From the NCBI GenBank assembly GCA_963828525.1, contig CAWHEP010000004.1:96001-160000 (forward strand): a stretch of 64,000 nt of DNA, in the 5' to 3' direction. The notes below the pieces were generated by a model that worked only from the letters and a program-made list of their open reading frames with translations, ran no database searches and was not told the origin of the DNA. This document shows positions 61,458 to 64,000 of the stretch, piece by piece (position 1 is the stretch's first letter; each line of letters begins with the position of its first letter). The translations under genes were made by a program, and so were the position numbers. This stretch comes from an uncultured Verrucomicrobiae bacterium (lineage in GTDB: Bacteria; Verrucomicrobiota; Verrucomicrobiia; Chthoniobacterales; Chthoniobacteraceae).

Positions 61458-62312
61458 ATGAATTTCTTCATCCAGATACTTATCCTGGCGATAGTGCAGG
61501 GCGCTTGCGAACTGCTCCCGGTTTCAAGTTCCGCTCATGTCATTGTGGCGGAAAAGCTGATGGGATTGGACCCCTCGACTCCGGCGATGACTTTTCTTCT
61601 GGTGCTCTTGCATACCGGGACAATGTTTGCCGTGATCGTTTATTTTTGGAAGGCGTGGCGAGCCCATTATTTCTCTTCAGCCGCGGCATTCCAGGAGACG
61701 TTGAAACTGGTGGCGGCCGCTACAGTGATCACCGTGATGGTAGGCGGGATCGCAAAGGAGGCTATCGAGAAGGTGGGCATGAAGGGGGTTCCGCATGCTG
61801 AAATCGAAAGTCTTTTCTCCAATTTGCTTTTGGTGGGTGTGGCGCTCTTTGCGGTGGGCATCCTCATTCTGATGGCCGGCGCGGCAGAACGACGAGGCTC
61901 GCGTGGCGCGGAGTTGGGATTGCGCGAGTCGTGCTGGATCGGCGCCGTGCAGGGTCTATGCCTTCCGTTTAGAGGCTTTTCACGCTCCGGCGCCACCATT
62001 TCCACGGGTCTTCTTCTCGGTTCGCCCAAGCAGAAACTGGAAGAGTTCAGCTTCGCCCTCGCTGTCGTGTTGACGCCGCTCGTGATAGGCGCCGAAGCCA
62101 TGAGACTGCGCAAGGCCACCGCTGGTGGCGCGTCTGGCGTATTGGATCTCGTGAAGCCCGGTTTGGTCGGAATGGTATTTAGCTTCGTTGCGGGACTGCT
62201 CGCGCTGCGGCTTCTTTCTCGCTTCCTTGAAGGTGGTCGATGGCAGCTTTTTGGTTATTACTGCATCGTGGCTTCAGGCGTCGTTCTCTTCCTCCACTTT
62301 CGTGGATTCTAA
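61458..62312 (+). CDS. uppP: undecaprenyl-diphosphatase
   Basis: IVQGACELLPVSSSAH, LHTGT, GFSRSGATI. Confidence 0.93.
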   Translation: MNFFIQILILAIVQGACELLPVSSSAHVIVAEKLMGLDPSTPAMTFLLVLLHTGTMFAVIVYFWKAWRAHYFSSAAAFQETLKLVAAATVITVMVGGIAKEAIEKVGMKGVPHAEIESLFSNLLLVGVALFAVGILILMAGAAERRGSRGAELGLRESCWIGAVQGLCLPFRGFSRSGATISTGLLLGSPKQKLEEFSFALAVVLTPLVIGAEAMRLRKATAGGASGVLDLVKPGLVGMVFSFVAGLLALRLLSRFLEGGRWQLFGYYCIVASGVVLFLHFRGF

Positions 62313-63895
62313 AGGATCGGCGCGGTTGGCGCGGGACTCTGCATAAGCTTATATTCGAGGCTATCCACGAGGGCCAGCCAACTGGCCTCGATGATATTGT
62401 TTGAGACACCCACCGTACCCCAGCTGGTGTGACCGTCTGTTGATACGATGAGCACGCGAGTGCCTGCCGAAGTCCCCTTTTGGCTAGCCAGAATCCGCAC
62501 CTTGTAGTCCTGCAACTCGATCTCCTCGATCTGAGGAAAAAACGGGAGAAGCGCTTTTCGCAATGCTCCATCCAGGGCGTTCACTGGGCCATCGCCTTCC
62601 GCGACTGTGTATTCATCCACCCCATCCACGCGCAGCTTCACCGTGGCCTCGCAACTATGAGGTTCTCCCGACCCGGGGCGCTGGAACATGCAATGATACT
62701 CCTCCAACTCAAAGGATGGCCGATGCTGGCCCAGTATTCTCCGAATCAGAAGATGGAAGGACGCTTCCGCCGCCTCGAACTCGTATCCCTCATTTTCCAT
62801 CCGCTTCACCGTGGCGAGGATTTTTGCCACCTCGGGGCTGCCCTTCTCGAGCGCGAAGCCGAGTTCCCGCGCCTTTAGCAGAACATTGCTCTGCCCAGAC
62901 AGCTCGGATACCAGAATGTGCTGGTCATTGCCAACTGCGGCTGGGTCAATGTGTTCATAGGAACGCGCCACCTTTTGCACTGCGTTCACATGGATGCCGC
63001 CTTTATGCGCGAAAGCGGAGACGCCGACAAATGGAGCGCGTTTGTCGTGAGCGATGTTTGCCAGCTCATCCACGAACAGCGAGAGGTCGCGCAACTTCGT
63101 GAGGTCTGGAACAGCCTGCATCCCGAGCTTTGCCTGCAGATTCGGTATGACGGTGATGAGGTTGCAATTCCCGACGCGCTCGCCGTAGCCATTGATGGTG
63201 CCCTGCACCTGCGACGCGCCTTCGAGGACCGCCGCGAGGGCGTTTGCCACTCCCACGCCGCAATCGTTGTGCGTGTGGATGCCCACCGCCGTCCCCAGCT
63301 TCTGGATGGTGGCACGAGTGATCGCGCTTACTTCGTCTGGCATCGTGCCACCGTTTGTGTCGCACAGGACGACCAGATCCACGCCAGCGTCCCGCGCGGC
63401 AAGCGCGGCTTGCAGCGTGTAGTCCGCGTCATCCTTGTATCCATCAAAGAAGTGCTCGGCGTCGTAGAAGACTTCCCGCCCATGCGCTTTGAAGTAACGG
63501 ATCGTGTCAGCGATCATTTCCAGGTTCTGTTGTGGGGTGACGTTCAGAACCTCCGTGACATGAAAGCGGGAGCTTTTGCCCACCAGGGTGACAACGGGCG
63601 TTTCTGCCTCGAGCAGGAGTTTGACCTGGGGATCTTCCTCCACCCGGAGGTTTGCCCGGCGGGTGCTTCCGAACGCCGCGATCTTTGCGTTTGTCCACTT
63701 GATGTTCCGCGCCTCGCGGAAGAAAGCGACGTCCTTCTCATTTGACCCCGGCCAGCCCCCCTCGATGTATTGCATGCCGAATGCGTCCAACTTCTCGGCG
63801 ACACGAATCTTATCCAGAACGCTGAAGGAGATTCCTTCTCCCTGCGTGCCATCGCGCAAGGTGGTGTCATACATCGTGACTGTGCGTTTTGTCAT
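62309..63895 (-). CDS. cimA: citramalate synthase (LeuA/CimA family)
   Basis: YDTTLRDGTQGEG, IEGGWPGSN, DAEHFFDG, GIHTHND, FEAAEASF, GDGPVNALD. Confidence 0.92.
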   Translation of the reverse strand: MTKRTVTMYDTTLRDGTQGEGISFSVLDKIRVAEKLDAFGMQYIEGGWPGSNEKDVAFFREARNIKWTNAKIAAFGSTRRANLRVEEDPQVKLLLEAETPVVTLVGKSSRFHVTEVLNVTPQQNLEMIADTIRYFKAHGREVFYDAEHFFDGYKDDADYTLQAALAARDAGVDLVVLCDTNGGTMPDEVSAITRATIQKLGTAVGIHTHNDCGVGVANALAAVLEGASQVQGTINGYGERVGNCNLITVIPNLQAKLGMQAVPDLTKLRDLSLFVDELANIAHDKRAPFVGVSAFAHKGGIHVNAVQKVARSYEHIDPAAVGNDQHILVSELSGQSNVLLKARELGFALEKGSPEVAKILATVKRMENEGYEFEAAEASFHLLIRRILGQHRPSFELEEYHCMFQRPGSGEPHSCEATVKLRVDGVDEYTVAEGDGPVNALDGALRKALLPFFPQIEEIELQDYKVRILASQKGTSAGTRVLIVSTDGHTSWGTVGVSNNIIEASWLALVDSLEYKLMQSPAPTAPIL

Positions 63896-64000
63896 AGGAG
63901 GAACTTCCCTAGTTCAGGTGAAGCGCCAATGCAAGGGGGCGCCTGCTCTCCGGAGTGGCGCGAGCTCCGCGCGGCCAGTGTTACTTCAGCGAATCGAGCA

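Overview
A gene-dense, GC-rich chromosomal window of about 62 genes. The protein families (H-X9-DG-type prepilin, PVC-type ResB/CcsA block, secretin-like fragment, ThuA) suggest Verrucomicrobiota, probably Chthoniobacterales-like; this is inference and no search was run. Contents: mlaE/F/D; an ogt-like methyltransferase; a CusRS-like two-component system next to a PepSY-TolC-MFP-RND unit with a perfect palindromic operator; GH27 and GH38 glycosidases; bamD-lptE-rsmI; sucCD with an NrtA/TauABC-type transporter; hpt; a Tat-exported phosphoesterase; a FabF plus SRPBCC pair; metH and a UbiA-family gene; a truncated ChlI/D-like ATPase; GT2 and RfbC-like genes; a candidate nucleotidyltransferase toxin-antitoxin pair; azurin; a stand-alone zinc-free rpsN; glnB; uppP; cimA. 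The most interesting locus is a tight six-gene minus-strand operon (47132-55777). It encodes a secreted pentaheme cytochrome c, a predicted outer-membrane beta-barrel, a membrane-anchored FAD/NAD(P)H/[2Fe-2S] reductase, a lipoprotein and ResB/CcsA heme-attachment machinery, behind an FNR-like box. It is a candidate uncharacterised porin-cytochrome electron-transfer system. Many single-base indels hit housekeeping genes (sucC, hpt, metH, mlaF, ccsA), which points to long-read consensus errors rather than pseudogenes. No tRNA, rRNA, CRISPR array or IS element was seen.
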